DNA of 64,000 nucleotides from Candidatus Poriferihabitaceae bacterium (GTDB lineage Bacteria; Pseudomonadota; Gammaproteobacteria; Arenicellales; Poriferihabitantaceae): NCBI GenBank assembly GCA_965221795.1, contig OZ244914.1, positions 3,548,102 to 3,612,101 of the forward strand, read 5' to 3'. Shown piece by piece: positions 30,328 to 41,215 of this stretch (position 1 is its first letter; each line of letters starts with the position of its first letter). The notes under the pieces were generated by a model. It saw only the letters and a program-made list of their open reading frames with translations, ran no database searches and was not told where the DNA came from. The position numbers and the translations under genes were made by a program.

Positions 30328-30591
30328 ATGTTTGATTCCGCAAAGGATGCCATCAACTTGCGAAAGCACGGGCTGTCTCTTGCTTTCGGAAGCAAAATCT
30401 TCGAGGATCCCGAACACCTGATGGTTTCGACAATCCGCAAGCAGGACGGAGAGGAGCGCTACAAGGTCATCGGAATCGTGGGAGGGAAGTTGTATACGGG
30501 CGTATTTGCCTGGCGGGCAGATTCGCCAAGGTTCATATCCGTAAGGAGGAGCAATAGCAATGAAAAAAGAGCCTATCGCGTTGCCGGCTGA
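30328..30591 (+). CDS. BrnT-family toxin (possibly 5'-damaged)
   Basis: FDSAKDAINLRKHGLS, DGEERYKVIG, RFISVRRSN; the in-frame upstream ATG at 30319 is followed by TAA at codon 3. Confidence 0.8.
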   Translation: MFDSAKDAINLRKHGLSLAFGSKIFEDPEHLMVSTIRKQDGEERYKVIGIVGGKLYTGVFAWRADSPRFISVRRSNSNEKRAYRVAG

Positions 30592-30838
30592 TCCTGATGA
30601 CCCGGAGGATTTCGACGCAACGCATGAAGATCTGGACCGGGCATGGAAATCCCGTCTGATCCGCAAGACGAGAACCGGATTGGGGCTGTCCCAGAAGGAG
30701 TTCGCCCGCCGCTTCCGCGTGCCGCTCGGTACGCTGCGGGACTGGGAACAGTCACGGTCAATGCCGCCGGAATTTGCCGTTGCCTACGTCAAGGTCATTG
30801 CCCGCTACCCGGACCTTGTGGCGGAAGAAGCTGCTTAA
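30560..30838 (+). CDS. XRE-HTH antitoxin paired with BrnT
   Basis: RTGLGLSQKEFARRFRVPLGTLRDWEQSR; overlaps the toxin 3' end. Confidence 0.85.
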   Translation: MKKEPIALPADPDDPEDFDATHEDLDRAWKSRLIRKTRTGLGLSQKEFARRFRVPLGTLRDWEQSRSMPPEFAVAYVKVIARYPDLVAEEAA

Positions 30839-30989
30839 ACTGGAATCAGGGCTAGGAGGTCGAGGTCAGGATAAAGCCCAGTAAGACGATGGCCAAAACG
30901 ACAGAGCCTAGGACAAAACCGGCGATCCAATGTGCGCTTGACTTGTTGCTTCTGGTCATGGTCGCCACCCGGTCTATCCAGAAACCAAG

Positions 30990-31710
30990 TCACATCAATC
31001 TGGGTTGCCGGAAATTATTCAGCTGATTGTTGAAGAACAGCAAGCCAACATTTTTAGGGAACATCGCTTTGGACGGCCCACCGATAATGTTCATCCTCTG
31101 CCTGAGAGTATTCATCGGAAGGTCAGCCGCCTCTGGAGTGAGGGTGCTACCAATGTTGCGGAGAAACTACTGCGCCACTCCATACGACAGGTCGTCGAGA
31201 GAAGCCATCTGGCAATAGTGATCGTCAAACGGTACGATCGCCACCAAACTCCGCAACTCGTACTCATCCGCACCCTTGGTACGCACGGTACTACTGTGTT
31301 TGTGGATGAAGTAAGCCCATCTTGCATAAGCTTTTGCAAGGTTGATGGATGCCTTGTACGGCCGAGTCTCACTATCAGGCACCCGAGGACTATCTGACCA
31401 TCAATATCGTAAGTGCAGTGAGTGGATAACAGTGCGGCGGCATACTGGGGTTGCCAAGATTCAGCAGTTCTTTCTGAATCGAATCGATCGAATTCGGGAG
31501 GGTTCCTTTCAACAGCACTGGCCGCCCATGATTTTCCTGCATACCTAATACGATATAGCCGCCACCCAGATTACTGAGGTCATTGGTGAACGCGCAGATA
31601 TAGTGCAGCAAATCCTTCAGATTCCAACCAACCTTAAACTCAATACGCTAACTTTCGATTGTATGCTGCCGTAACAGGCTGTCGATATTAATGGGTAGAT
31701 TACGCTCATG
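30990..31710 (-). pseudogene. AlbA_2/Schlafen-domain regulator, fragmented
   Basis: LPINIDSLL..IES*RIEFKVGWN..HYICAFTNDLSNLGGGYIVLG, ETRPYKA, PKNVGLLFFN; multiple stops and frameshifts. Confidence 0.7.
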
Positions 31711-32352
31711 ACGGATTGCGCTTCATTATGACAACTTTCGAGAAGCGGTCGTAATTTCGTGTCAGTCGCGCCGGCGCAGGTTCACCTGTGAGGACCTGGT
31801 CAACAAGCTTTCTAGCGAATACATCCTTGAGGGTCGACTATTGCGGGACGCCTCATTCTACATAATTCTCTTCGCATGACCGATTCATTCGAATAGATGC
31901 ACTGCCTCCAATCCCATAAACACGCTCTGCTGCCAGAAAATCGGTTCTGGCTTCCCCATTTTTTGGGCTCTCCAGATGATGTGTACCGGCCATCCCTGAG
32001 TGGTTAATCTGGTTTATGTAGATTTCGCGTTTCCAGTTCCATGTGACCTCCCCCTTCGTCGTTCGCTGCGATTTATCATCTTCTCCGAACTCTACCGGAT
32101 TCCATACCCAGCCAGGCTGAGGGCGGACCACATCACTTGGCGACCTGGATGATCTCTATACTGGAACACTTGTAGTCGACATCACGAATTGTTCATAGAG
32201 CTTGATCTCACTCCTTATCATGCATGCCCCGATCATGTGACCGACCCAGAGATCATCGCCAATTTCCTTTGGGATATATGACCAGATACTTCTATAATGC
32301 CGTCCATCTTTTCCGCCCCACTTGCCCCAACAAACTCGTGAGGACACAGAAC

Positions 32353-33315
32353 ATGACATGCGTGGGATTCATTGGTCTAGGGAATGTCGGTGGAAAGCTA
32401 GCCGATAGCCTGCTTCGCAATGATATCCCGCTCATAGTACGAGACCTAAATCAGAAAGCAGCAGAGTCTTTACTCAAGCGGGGTGCCAAATGGGGGGAAA
32501 GTCCGAAAGTGATGGCGCAAAGAGCCGACATTCTGATTACCTGTCTGCCCTCCCCGGTAGCTAGCGCAGAAGTGCTGGAGGCAGAAAATGGGATTCTGGC
32601 CGGACTCGAAAATGGCAAGATATGGGCGGAAATGAGTACGACAGACCATGCCGAGGTATTACGACTCGGTGAAAAAGTCCGTGCGGTGGGGGCTGATCCC
32701 GTGGACTGTCCGGTATCCGGTGGGTGTCATCGGGCGGCAACGGGAAATATCGCCATTTTTGCTGGATGTGAGCGGACCGTGTTTGAGCGCATGCTACCGA
32801 TTCTCACCATCATGGGGCGACGTATTCTCCATACTGGTGAATTGGGCTCAGCATCCATTCTCAAAGTAGTTACCAACTACCTTGCTACAGCAAATCTGGT
32901 CAGCTTATGTGAAGCGCTGGTCGTATCAAAAATGACCGGTATGGACCTGAACACCACGTATGATGCCATCCGGATTTCCTCGGGCAATTCCTTCGTTCAT
33001 GAGACCGAAAGCCAGGTCATTCTGAACGGCAGTCGCGATATCAATTTCACCATGGATTTGGTCAGAAAGGACATCGGCCTATTTCATAATTTGGCCAAAT
33101 CCGCAGGCATCGAACTGGAATTGGCTCCACTGTTGGTGTCGATCTTCAACGATGGGGAAAATCGTTATGGGGCACGGGAACTGTCTCCCAACATCATCCG
33201 CCGTCTTGAAGAACAAACGGGAATCAAGATCCTTGCTCCCGGATTTCCGGCGGAAATCGTGGATCATGAACCGGAGGTGTCCGGCTATGAAATTACGTCC
33301 GGGGTGGCCAAGTGA
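32353..33315 (+). CDS. Beta-hydroxyacid dehydrogenase (3-hydroxyisobutyrate dehydrogenase family)
   Basis: VGFIGLGNVG, DCPVSGG, catalytic Lys in KVVTN, FTMDLVRKDI. Confidence 0.88.
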   Translation: MTCVGFIGLGNVGGKLADSLLRNDIPLIVRDLNQKAAESLLKRGAKWGESPKVMAQRADILITCLPSPVASAEVLEAENGILAGLENGKIWAEMSTTDHAEVLRLGEKVRAVGADPVDCPVSGGCHRAATGNIAIFAGCERTVFERMLPILTIMGRRILHTGELGSASILKVVTNYLATANLVSLCEALVVSKMTGMDLNTTYDAIRISSGNSFVHETESQVILNGSRDINFTMDLVRKDIGLFHNLAKSAGIELELAPLLVSIFNDGENRYGARELSPNIIRRLEEQTGIKILAPGFPAEIVDHEPEVSGYEITSGVAK

Positions 33316-34016
33316 TCCGCTCCCGGAAAGAAGCCGATCGGTTAGCCGCACGGGATGCCTTTGGATTTCCCGCTATCATGTTGCTGGCCAGCATGGCAGG
33401 GTTCGGTTCCCTGGCCAAGGAGAGCGGACTGAGTCTTGGCATGGCTCTCGGTATTACGACCGGGGTCTGGGGGCTGCCGGGTCAGTTGGCATTAGCAGAA
33501 ATGCATGCCGCCGGAGTGCCAGCATTGCTGATCATTCTCGCTTCCTCACTTGCCAATGCCCGCTTTTTTCCAATGGCCGTCTCCTTCATTCCACTTATGC
33601 GGACTGGAATGCGGCATTATGGTTGGATGTATGTCCTGGTCCAATTTCTTTCGATCAATACCTGGGCAGCGGGCTTGCGACGTTTTCCCGAAATGACCCT
33701 ATCCCTGAGGCCTCGATATTACCTGGGCTTTGCTGTCATCTGCATGACCGCCGGACTCTTGGGCACAGCATTGGGATTTTATGGAGTCAATGCCATGCCC
33801 TATCCGGCAGCTCTGGGGTTGATCTTTCTCAATCCACTGTTTTTTGCAGTGCTGCTGGCTGGCACTACGCCAGGACCCGCCACCAGTGCGATGCTTATCG
33901 GTGTTCCACTGGGACCTGTTTTTCACTGGCTGTCTCCTGATTGGGGATTGCTTGCCACAGGGTTGATTGGCGGTACACTGGCATTCTGGTTCCAATCGCA
34001 TCGTACTAACAGATGA
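33312..34016 (+). CDS. AzlC-family permease
   Basis: Hydrophobic; GFGSLA, GLPGQLA, LANARF; paired with an AzlD-like gene. Confidence 0.8.
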   Translation: MIRSRKEADRLAARDAFGFPAIMLLASMAGFGSLAKESGLSLGMALGITTGVWGLPGQLALAEMHAAGVPALLIILASSLANARFFPMAVSFIPLMRTGMRHYGWMYVLVQFLSINTWAAGLRRFPEMTLSLRPRYYLGFAVICMTAGLLGTALGFYGVNAMPYPAALGLIFLNPLFFAVLLAGTTPGPATSAMLIGVPLGPVFHWLSPDWGLLATGLIGGTLAFWFQSHRTNR

Positions 34017-34342
34017 GCGAAGATGGTGCGCTCTGGTTGGTGGTGCTGGGTGCCATTCTGGCCACTTATTTCTGGCGTTTTCTGGGCACATTACTTGCAC
34101 GTAAAATTTCTTCGGAAAGTATTTTTTTTCAATGGATTACTTGTGTTTCTTACGCTATGTTAGCAGGTCTGATCGCGCGTATGATCTTCTTGCCGGTGGG
34201 ACCACTGATTGATGTCTCTCTTTGGATTCGTTTGGCTGGCACTGTCATTGGCCTGGCCGTTTTCTTTTTTCTGGGACGACAAGTGTTGACCAGCGTCGGA
34301 GCCGGGCTAGTAGTGTTCATGACTTTAGTGGCCTACACCTGA
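34013..34342 (+). CDS. AzlD-family membrane protein
   Basis: ATYFWRFLG...YAMLAGLIA; 109 aa; 4-bp overlap with the azlC-like gene. Confidence 0.8.
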   Translation: MSEDGALWLVVLGAILATYFWRFLGTLLARKISSESIFFQWITCVSYAMLAGLIARMIFLPVGPLIDVSLWIRLAGTVIGLAVFFFLGRQVLTSVGAGLVVFMTLVAYT

Positions 34343-34593
34343 TTACCCAAAGAATATCCAGAAAGCAATTGGCAACGAATGGTATAGGAGCCTCGTATCA
34401 GGACTTGAGTGCACGGCGACGAGTGTTTCATTAACCCATTGACCGAACCGGTAGTCGACCTAAATCTCTTATTACGGTCCTTTCGGATATATTGCTCCGG
34501 GCATTGAGAAGAACATGATGAACCAGCAAATCGCATATTATGGAAGTTGATTGCTCAGGCACTATGGCGAGAAAGGGTCACGTACCGAGAGAC

Positions 34594-34617
34594 ATGACCA
34601 CACGAATATGTGGTCAT
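34594..34617. repeat. Perfect 9-bp inverted repeat in an intergenic region
   Basis: ATGACCACA-N6-TGTGGTCAT. Confidence 0.6.
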
Positions 34618-34800
34618 CAACTGCGATGTCCAAAAGGCACCCCCGACCGCTTTTTGCGAATGGATACAAGGCAGTAAGCGTGGTTTAAAAATCGCCGAGG
34701 TAGTGTCAGCAGGATTCAAGGATCAAAGTAGATGTTATGTCCCTTAAATGTCATTTAATGGTTGATATTGTCTCTAAACCGTACTATTGTGGGTTAAGAG

Positions 34801-36192
34801 ATGATTTTAAAGACTCTTATGGGACAAAACAGAACGAAGCAAATGGCGGAGATTGTGGATCTTCTGGGCAAGAACCGAGCGGGGCTTTCGCGCAGTCAGA
34901 TTTCCAAAAACCTATCGTTTTCTATAAATAACAAAACGTTACAAAGAAGGCTATCCGCACTTGCAGAAGAAGAAAAGATAGTAAAGACCGGTAGCAGAAA
35001 GGCGACGAAATACTCTCCTGCCGGGATTTTTCAGCAGGAAATTAAAGGACAGAGAAGCCAGGAAGAAGGTCAGATATTTAGCCCGGAAAGCAGGAGTATT
35101 CTTAAATTCCTGGAATCGCCACTTCATACTCGTGAAAAAGTGTCCTATAAAAGGGGGTTTGTCGAAGATTACGTTCCTAATGAGACAACGTATGTCCCTA
35201 AGGAACGACGAGAGGCATTATTCAAAGAAGGGAGGCGGTTTGACGAAGCTTTAGCTGCAGGAACCTACGCACGGCAAATCTGTCAGCACCTGCTGATTGA
35301 TCTTTCCTACAACTCCAGTCGATTGGAAGGCAATACCTATTCAAAACTGGATACTCAAAAACTGGTAGAGGAAGGCATCAGTGCGGAAGGCAAAGTTCAC
35401 GAAGACACCGTCATGATCATGAATCATAAGGAAGCCATATTATTCCTTGTGGAGAACGCGCAGGAAATCGCGCTGAATGGCTTCACAGTATTCAATCTCC
35501 ACAATTTACTGTCACAAGACCTGCTCCCGAACCCGGATGCCTGCGGCAACATTCGCACGATAGAAGTTGCGGTTGGGAAGTCCACCTACAAGCCTATGGG
35601 CAATCCACATGCGCTGAAAGAACTATTCGAACTCATTTTGCTGAAAGCCAGAAAGGTCGAAGACCCATTTGAACAAAGCTTCTTTTTATTGATTCACCTG
35701 TCTTATCTACAGGCGTTCGAGGACGCCAACAAGCGCACTTCGAGGTTGAGTTGCAATATTCCGTTTATCCAGCAGAATTTGTGCCCTCTGAGTTTTACTG
35801 ACGTGCCACGTGATGATTACACCGCTGCGTTACTGGCAATCTATGAGAAGAATGCCATTCAGCCCATGCTGGATCTATTTTGCTGGGCTCATGTTCGCTC
35901 ATGCAAACAATATGGCGTCGTAAAACAATCGCTGGGGGAAATCGATGCCTTCCATATTCAGTACCGCCAGCAACGAAAAGAAGTGATGGGTCTTGTGATT
36001 CGAGACGGATTACACGGCGAAGCCATCGAAAAGCATATCACAGAATATTGCGCCGAGAGGGATATAACAGATGTCGATAAATTTACGGCAATGACCCTCG
36101 CTGACCTAAGCAGCCTACATGCAGGAGCGATAGTCGGACTCGGTATTTCCACAGCACAATTCAATGCCTGGTCAGACGCCAGGCCAAAGTAA
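34801..36192 (+). CDS. Fic-family protein with N-terminal winged HTH and a non-canonical Fic motif
   Basis: TLQRRLSAL..TGSRKATKY wHTH, SSRLEGN inhibitory motif, YLQAFEDANKRTSR in place of HPFxDGNGR. Confidence 0.88.
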   Translation: MILKTLMGQNRTKQMAEIVDLLGKNRAGLSRSQISKNLSFSINNKTLQRRLSALAEEEKIVKTGSRKATKYSPAGIFQQEIKGQRSQEEGQIFSPESRSILKFLESPLHTREKVSYKRGFVEDYVPNETTYVPKERREALFKEGRRFDEALAAGTYARQICQHLLIDLSYNSSRLEGNTYSKLDTQKLVEEGISAEGKVHEDTVMIMNHKEAILFLVENAQEIALNGFTVFNLHNLLSQDLLPNPDACGNIRTIEVAVGKSTYKPMGNPHALKELFELILLKARKVEDPFEQSFFLLIHLSYLQAFEDANKRTSRLSCNIPFIQQNLCPLSFTDVPRDDYTAALLAIYEKNAIQPMLDLFCWAHVRSCKQYGVVKQSLGEIDAFHIQYRQQRKEVMGLVIRDGLHGEAIEKHITEYCAERDITDVDKFTAMTLADLSSLHAGAIVGLGISTAQFNAWSDARPK

Positions 36193-36483
36193 TCCAACGC
36201 ATTGAACCCACAATTCGCGCTAAAACCTGCCTGCCCAGTGATTGAGAGTACTTTTCGGCCCACCGCCATGGGCTCTTCCTTCGATTTCATGATGTCTTCG
36301 GGGGATTGAAAGTTATGGCCACATTTCTTCTCAATCGCGACTTGGCCCAATACTTCATATGGTTGATTTCCCGACGCTATTTCCACCAATTATTTCTGTG
36401 TGATGAGAAAAGAGAATTTTACTTCCGAATAGAAACACGATTGCAATACCAACTATCTGGGATGAATTCAGGGGCTTTAGAGA

Positions 36484-37482
36484 TCATTCCGCAGGACCTT
36501 CAGATCTCAAAATCTCAATCGGGTCTGACAATCGTACATGTTCCTGATCTTCGGCAAGAATTCGGCAAATATCTGCCGATTGGATTTCGCCAGGCAAGGC
36601 GGCAGCGACTTTTCGAAAGACGGATATCGGGTCAACAGGTGGCAATATTGAGGCAAGTTCCTTGCCGAGGCGAGTGAGACCAATGACCGATAGTTTCACC
36701 TCATTACCGAGGCGTATCCGGAGACAGAGGTGGCCTTCGAACAGTGCGGCAAATCCATCCGGATCCGGTTTGAAAATATAAGCAATCCCCCCAACTGGTT
36801 CGATATGGTGAAGCAACCCGACTTCCTGAAGAAAATTCAGTCTTACCAACTGGCTCCCTCTGAAATTCTCCGGCGGAAGGATGTACTTCCCTGAAAACCG
36901 GAATTCAACTGCTTCCTGAAACCAGGAAGCCATTTGCTGATCCAGTTCTGCCAGAACCCGAAGCGTCATGAGCGAAAAGGATTTGGGGTGTCGAATCTCA
37001 CCAGCAAGGACCCTGGCCCAGAGATCACGAACCGCATCGGAACTGGCTTTTTTCGCATATCCATCGAAGTAATTCAGCCAATCCGGGTCTACCTCGTCCG
37101 GACCAGACTCGGATTCCGGTTCGCTTTCCGAGTCCGGGGAGATCAGGTGGTCAATCGCACGTTGGACGACGTACTGCTTATTTGCGAGAGCCTGAATTTT
37201 CGGTGCCAGTAGCCCATTTACCAACTTCGCGGTACTTTCAGTGCTGCCAATGATGGTTTCGATTTCGGCTGAAAAATGGTCAATGAGATGAGTTTCCAGT
37301 CGACCCTGGGCACGGATTCGACTGGCGCAAGCTTCCAACTTTGCCGCTGGCACATCCATTACAGAACCCATCAACCGATCGACAGCAGCGATTGCCCGGG
37401 ACTTCGTTTTAATCGTGAGGCCAGTTTCCGTTATTCGCCCCTCAAGGCGTACCTCGTTGGAGAGAGAATCTCTTTCATTCAT
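36484..37482 (-). CDS. DUF2806-domain protein
   Basis: VDPDWLNYF..A...SS..VRDLWARVLAGEIRHPKSFSLMTLRVL; start re-called at MNERDS. Confidence 0.75.
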   Translation of the reverse strand: MNERDSLSNEVRLEGRITETGLTIKTKSRAIAAVDRLMGSVMDVPAAKLEACASRIRAQGRLETHLIDHFSAEIETIIGSTESTAKLVNGLLAPKIQALANKQYVVQRAIDHLISPDSESEPESESGPDEVDPDWLNYFDGYAKKASSDAVRDLWARVLAGEIRHPKSFSLMTLRVLAELDQQMASWFQEAVEFRFSGKYILPPENFRGSQLVRLNFLQEVGLLHHIEPVGGIAYIFKPDPDGFAALFEGHLCLRIRLGNEVKLSVIGLTRLGKELASILPPVDPISVFRKVAAALPGEIQSADICRILAEDQEHVRLSDPIEILRSEGPAE

Positions 37483-37528
37483 GGATATACGGGTTCTCTG
37501 ACCGGGGCCGCTTTTCGTTCTGTCTCCA

Positions 37529-40500
37529 TCAGACAACCCACTCCGCAGACAACGCCTCGGCCTGTTCCAGCACAGTGCGGGTCGCTTGCTCCTGCTTGTC
37601 CGGTGGATAGCCATACTGACGCAGGATGCGTTTGACCAGGCGACGGAGATGGGCGCGGACATTTTCCCGCAGGGTCCAGTCGATGGTGACATTGTTCCGT
37701 ACGGTGATGACAAGTGCCCGGGCAATCTCCCGGAGTGTGTCGTCGCCCAGCACCTCGACCGCACTGTCGCTGGTTTCCAGAGCATCATAGAAGGCCAGTT
37801 CATCCTCGTTCAGCCCGAGGGCCTCACCGCGGGCATCGGCCTCCCGGAGTTCCCGGGCAAGCTGGATAAGTTCTTCAATCACCTGAACAGCCTCGACGGC
37901 ACGGTTCTGATAGCGTCGCAGGGACTGTTCCAGCATCTCGGCAAATGACCGCGCCTGCATCACATTTCTGCGCCGACGAACAGCAACCTCACCCTTGAGC
38001 AGCTTCTGTAGCAAATCCACCGCCAGGTTACGATGCTTCATGCCCTGGACCTGTTCCAGAAACGGCTCCGACAGAATGGAAAGGTCGGGTTTCTGCAGTC
38101 CCGCCGCCGTGAAAATGTCCACGATCTCCTCGGAAGCCACCGCCCGGGACACCAATTGCCGCAGGGCAAAATCCAGTTCCTCATCCGACCGAGTCTCCCC
38201 GGCGGCTCGCTTGGCCAGCACCGACTGGACCGCTTGATAGAACGCCACATCATCACGGATGCGGATCGCCTCTTCGTGGGGTACGGCCAGGGCAAAGGCC
38301 CGAGTCAGCTCCCGTACCGCCTGTATGACGCGTTCCTTGCCGTTTTCCTGAGACAAAATGTGTTCCTGGGCGGCTGGCAGCAGGCTGACGCGCGCCGAAG
38401 CCGTACCGTGCGTCCAGGCCGAATGGTCAAAGCCATGAAACAGCCCCTGGCAGATGTCATACTTTTCCTGCATCAGCGTTACCGCCTTCGACTGGTCCAG
38501 CGCGGTGTCTCCACTGCCGCCGCTCCGGGTATAGGTCGAAAGAGCCTGCTCCAGTTCGTTGGACAGGCCGAGATGGTCCACCACCAACCCGCCGGGCTTG
38601 TCCCGGAACACCCGATTGACCCGGGCGATGGCCTGCATGAGACCATGACCTCGCATCGGTTTGTCGACATACATGGTGTGCAGGCTGGGGGCATCGAAAC
38701 CGGTGAGCCACATGTCCCGCACCAATACGATCCGGAATGGATCGTCCGCATCCCGAAAACGCTTCGCCAGTGCTTCCCGCCGTGACTTGCTTCGAATGTG
38801 GGGCTGCCATTCCGGAGGGTCGGATGCACTGCCAGTCATCACCACCTTCATCTGGATCCTGGTATCTTCTCCATTGGCTTCCTCTTCCGGATGAACCCAG
38901 CCCGGGCGGAGCCGGGCCAACTCCCGGTACAGATCAATACAGATGCGCCGACTCATGCAAACGACCATGGCCTTACCGTCCATGGCTTCCCGGCGGCATT
39001 CGTAATGCGTCACAATATCTGCCGCCACGAGGGCCAGCCGCCGGGCCGAGCCCACAATGGCTTCCAGCTGTGCCCATCGGCTCTTGAGCTTTTCCTTGCG
39101 GCCCGGCTCCTCGCCTTCGGTGACCTCTTCAAAACCCAGATCGATATCCGGCCTCTCGTCCTGGTCCAGCGACAATCTAGCGAGCCGACTCTCATAGTAG
39201 ATCGGGACCGTGGCCCCATCCTCCACGGCACGCTGGATGTCATAGATGCTGATGTAGTCGCCGAACACGGCGCGGGTATTCGCGTCCTCCAGTTCGATCG
39301 GCGTACCGGTAAAGCCGATGAACGAAGCATTGGGCAAGGCATCCCGCATATGACGGGCGTATCCATCGAGGAAGTCGTATTGGCTACGGTGGGCTTCATC
39401 GGCAATGACCACAAGGTTGCGCCGGTCCGACAGCTGCGGGTGCCGGTCCCCTTTCTCCTCGGGAAAGAACTTCTGGATGGTGGTGAAGATCACCCCCCCT
39501 TGCCGGACCCGGAGCCGGTCTCGCAGATCTGCCCGGCTGGTCGCCTGTACCGGCGGTTGCCGGAGCAGGTCCTGGCACCGGGAGAAGGTCGTGAACAGCT
39601 GGTCATCGAGATCGTTGCGGTCCGTGAGCACCACCACCGTCGGATTGTCCATCGCGGGCTCCCGAATGATCCGCCCGGCATAAAAGGCCATGGTGAGGCT
39701 TTTCCCGGAACCCTGGGTATGCCATACCACTCCGATGCGCCGGTCTCCCAACTTCCCTCCAGGTCGGTGGTGGGCATGGTCCTCAGGATGGCGAGAGGCA
39801 TCTTCCCCGGGTTGCCCGCGACCCCCGGAGTTCTGCAACCATTCGGCGGCACGGGCCGTTTCGGCCACGGCGGTCCGAACGGCATGGAACTGGTGATACC
39901 CGGCTATCTTCTTGACCAGCACTCCACTGCCGTCTTCCTCGAATACCAGGAAATCCCGCAGCAGATCCAGCAAGCGGCCCGGGTTGCATACGCCTTCCAG
40001 CATGACCTGCAATTCGGGCAGGGACGGGTCCGCCAGAGATTCGCCGTCGATGGTTCGCCAGCGCCTGAACCACTCCCAGCCGGCGGTCAGGGTACCGATC
40101 TTCGCCTCGGTACCATCGGATGCGATCAGAAACCCGTTCCTTGAGAACAGTGTCGGCAGTTCCGTTCGGTAGGTCTGGAACTGTTGCCAGGCAGACCGGA
40201 CGGTCGCATCCTCGTCGGCTGGATTCTTGAGTTCGATCAACCCCAGGGGCAGGCCGTTGACGAACAGGACAATATCCGGACGACGCTCATCCCGATTCTC
40301 GACCACAGTGAACTGGTTGACCGCCAGCCAGTCATTGCAGACAGGGTCTTCGAAGTCGACCACCTCGACCTGTCTGCCGCGAATGGTGCCCTCGGCATCC
40401 CGGTATTCCACCGTCACCCCGTTGACCAGCATCCGGTGAAAGGCCCGATTGCGGATTTCCAGCGTGGTGCCTTCGAGTCGGGTCAGCTTGCGCCAGGCAC

Positions 40501-40708
40501 TCTCCAGGGCATCGTCAGAGAGGGTGGGGTTGAGCTTGGCCAGTGCATCCCGGAGACGCTCTTCCAGAATGACTGACCCGTAATCGCTCCGCTCCACCCT
40601 GGGACTGCCGGGCCCGATAGCGGGGCCATAAGCGACGGTCCAGCCGAGGTTTTCCAGCCATTCGAGAGCCGCGTCTTCTACCTCGCTTTCGGTGATTCGG
40701 GCTGTCAC
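37529..40708 (-). CDS. hsdR: Type I restriction endonuclease subunit R
   Basis: [19 protein letters not shown] (PD-ExK nuclease), [38 protein letters not shown]. Confidence 0.97.
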   Translation of the reverse strand: MTARITESEVEDAALEWLENLGWTVAYGPAIGPGSPRVERSDYGSVILEERLRDALAKLNPTLSDDALESAWRKLTRLEGTTLEIRNRAFHRMLVNGVTVEYRDAEGTIRGRQVEVVDFEDPVCNDWLAVNQFTVVENRDERRPDIVLFVNGLPLGLIELKNPADEDATVRSAWQQFQTYRTELPTLFSRNGFLIASDGTEAKIGTLTAGWEWFRRWRTIDGESLADPSLPELQVMLEGVCNPGRLLDLLRDFLVFEEDGSGVLVKKIAGYHQFHAVRTAVAETARAAEWLQNSGGRGQPGEDASRHPEDHAHHRPGGKLGDRRIGVVWHTQGSGKSLTMAFYAGRIIREPAMDNPTVVVLTDRNDLDDQLFTTFSRCQDLLRQPPVQATSRADLRDRLRVRQGGVIFTTIQKFFPEEKGDRHPQLSDRRNLVVIADEAHRSQYDFLDGYARHMRDALPNASFIGFTGTPIELEDANTRAVFGDYISIYDIQRAVEDGATVPIYYESRLARLSLDQDERPDIDLGFEEVTEGEEPGRKEKLKSRWAQLEAIVGSARRLALVAADIVTHYECRREAMDGKAMVVCMSRRICIDLYRELARLRPGWVHPEEEANGEDTRIQMKVVMTGSASDPPEWQPHIRSKSRREALAKRFRDADDPFRIVLVRDMWLTGFDAPSLHTMYVDKPMRGHGLMQAIARVNRVFRDKPGGLVVDHLGLSNELEQALSTYTRSGGSGDTALDQSKAVTLMQEKYDICQGLFHGFDHSAWTHGTASARVSLLPAAQEHILSQENGKERVIQAVRELTRAFALAVPHEEAIRIRDDVAFYQAVQSVLAKRAAGETRSDEELDFALRQLVSRAVASEEIVDIFTAAGLQKPDLSILSEPFLEQVQGMKHRNLAVDLLQKLLKGEVAVRRRRNVMQARSFAEMLEQSLRRYQNRAVEAVQVIEELIQLARELREADARGEALGLNEDELAFYDALETSDSAVEVLGDDTLREIARALVITVRNNVTIDWTLRENVRAHLRRLVKRILRQYGYPPDKQEQATRTVLEQAEALSAEWVV

Positions 40709-41215
40709 GCTGCAGACCTTCGCACTCCCAGGACGAATCTTGCGCGTTCTCGGCGAAGCATCTCGTATGGCGTTATGCAGCGCAAACCGAGGCCGATACA
40801 GGCGTTCGGAATTTTGATCTTGCTGGCCGTGTCAGCGGGCACTTCGTGCGTAACGATGATGCACCCGTGAGCCAGAGCGTGCGCGACCAGCCAATAGTCC
40901 GCAACCTGCAAAACAGTAGCCACGGCAACAGGCTGATATCCATGACCGTTTGCCCAATCTCCCACAGTATGGAGCACTGACAACACCCGATTATCCGGTG
41001 TCAGGAAGAATCCGTCGTCTCGTGCCGCCACCCAATCTGCCAACTCGTCGTCTCCAGCTTGTAGTTCGTCCGGCGACTTTCTCAATACTCGCAACCTTGT
41101 CGGCATGATTTTGCTCAACCAGCCAGTCCCAGAAGGCAGGACAGAAATCGAAACCGTAGTGCAGATTCCTGGCCTGGATGAAGACGTTTGAATCGATGAG
41201 ATAGGCCGTCATCAT
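40705..41215 (-). pseudogene. DUF4411-family PIN-domain protein, single frameshift
   Basis: YLIDSNVFIQA..YGFDFCPAFWDWL..SIEKV joins [31 protein letters not shown] after one extra base near 41071. Confidence 0.85.

Noticed and set aside
31853-32131. 92-aa ORF
   Set aside because: No motif or recognisable family, and the surrounding region is degraded, so it cannot be supported as a gene.
34594-34617. NrdR box interpretation of the palindrome
   Set aside because: Only a loose resemblance, single copy, and no nucleotide-reduction gene nearby.
37483-37803. N-terminal extension of the DUF2806 ORF
   Set aside because: It overlaps the hsdR 3' end in another frame and is not protein-like.
38798-40144. 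448-aa plus-strand ORF and other long antisense ORFs (6830, 8141, 9199, 48348)
   Set aside because: Shadow ORFs opposite well-supported GC-rich genes, with no motifs.
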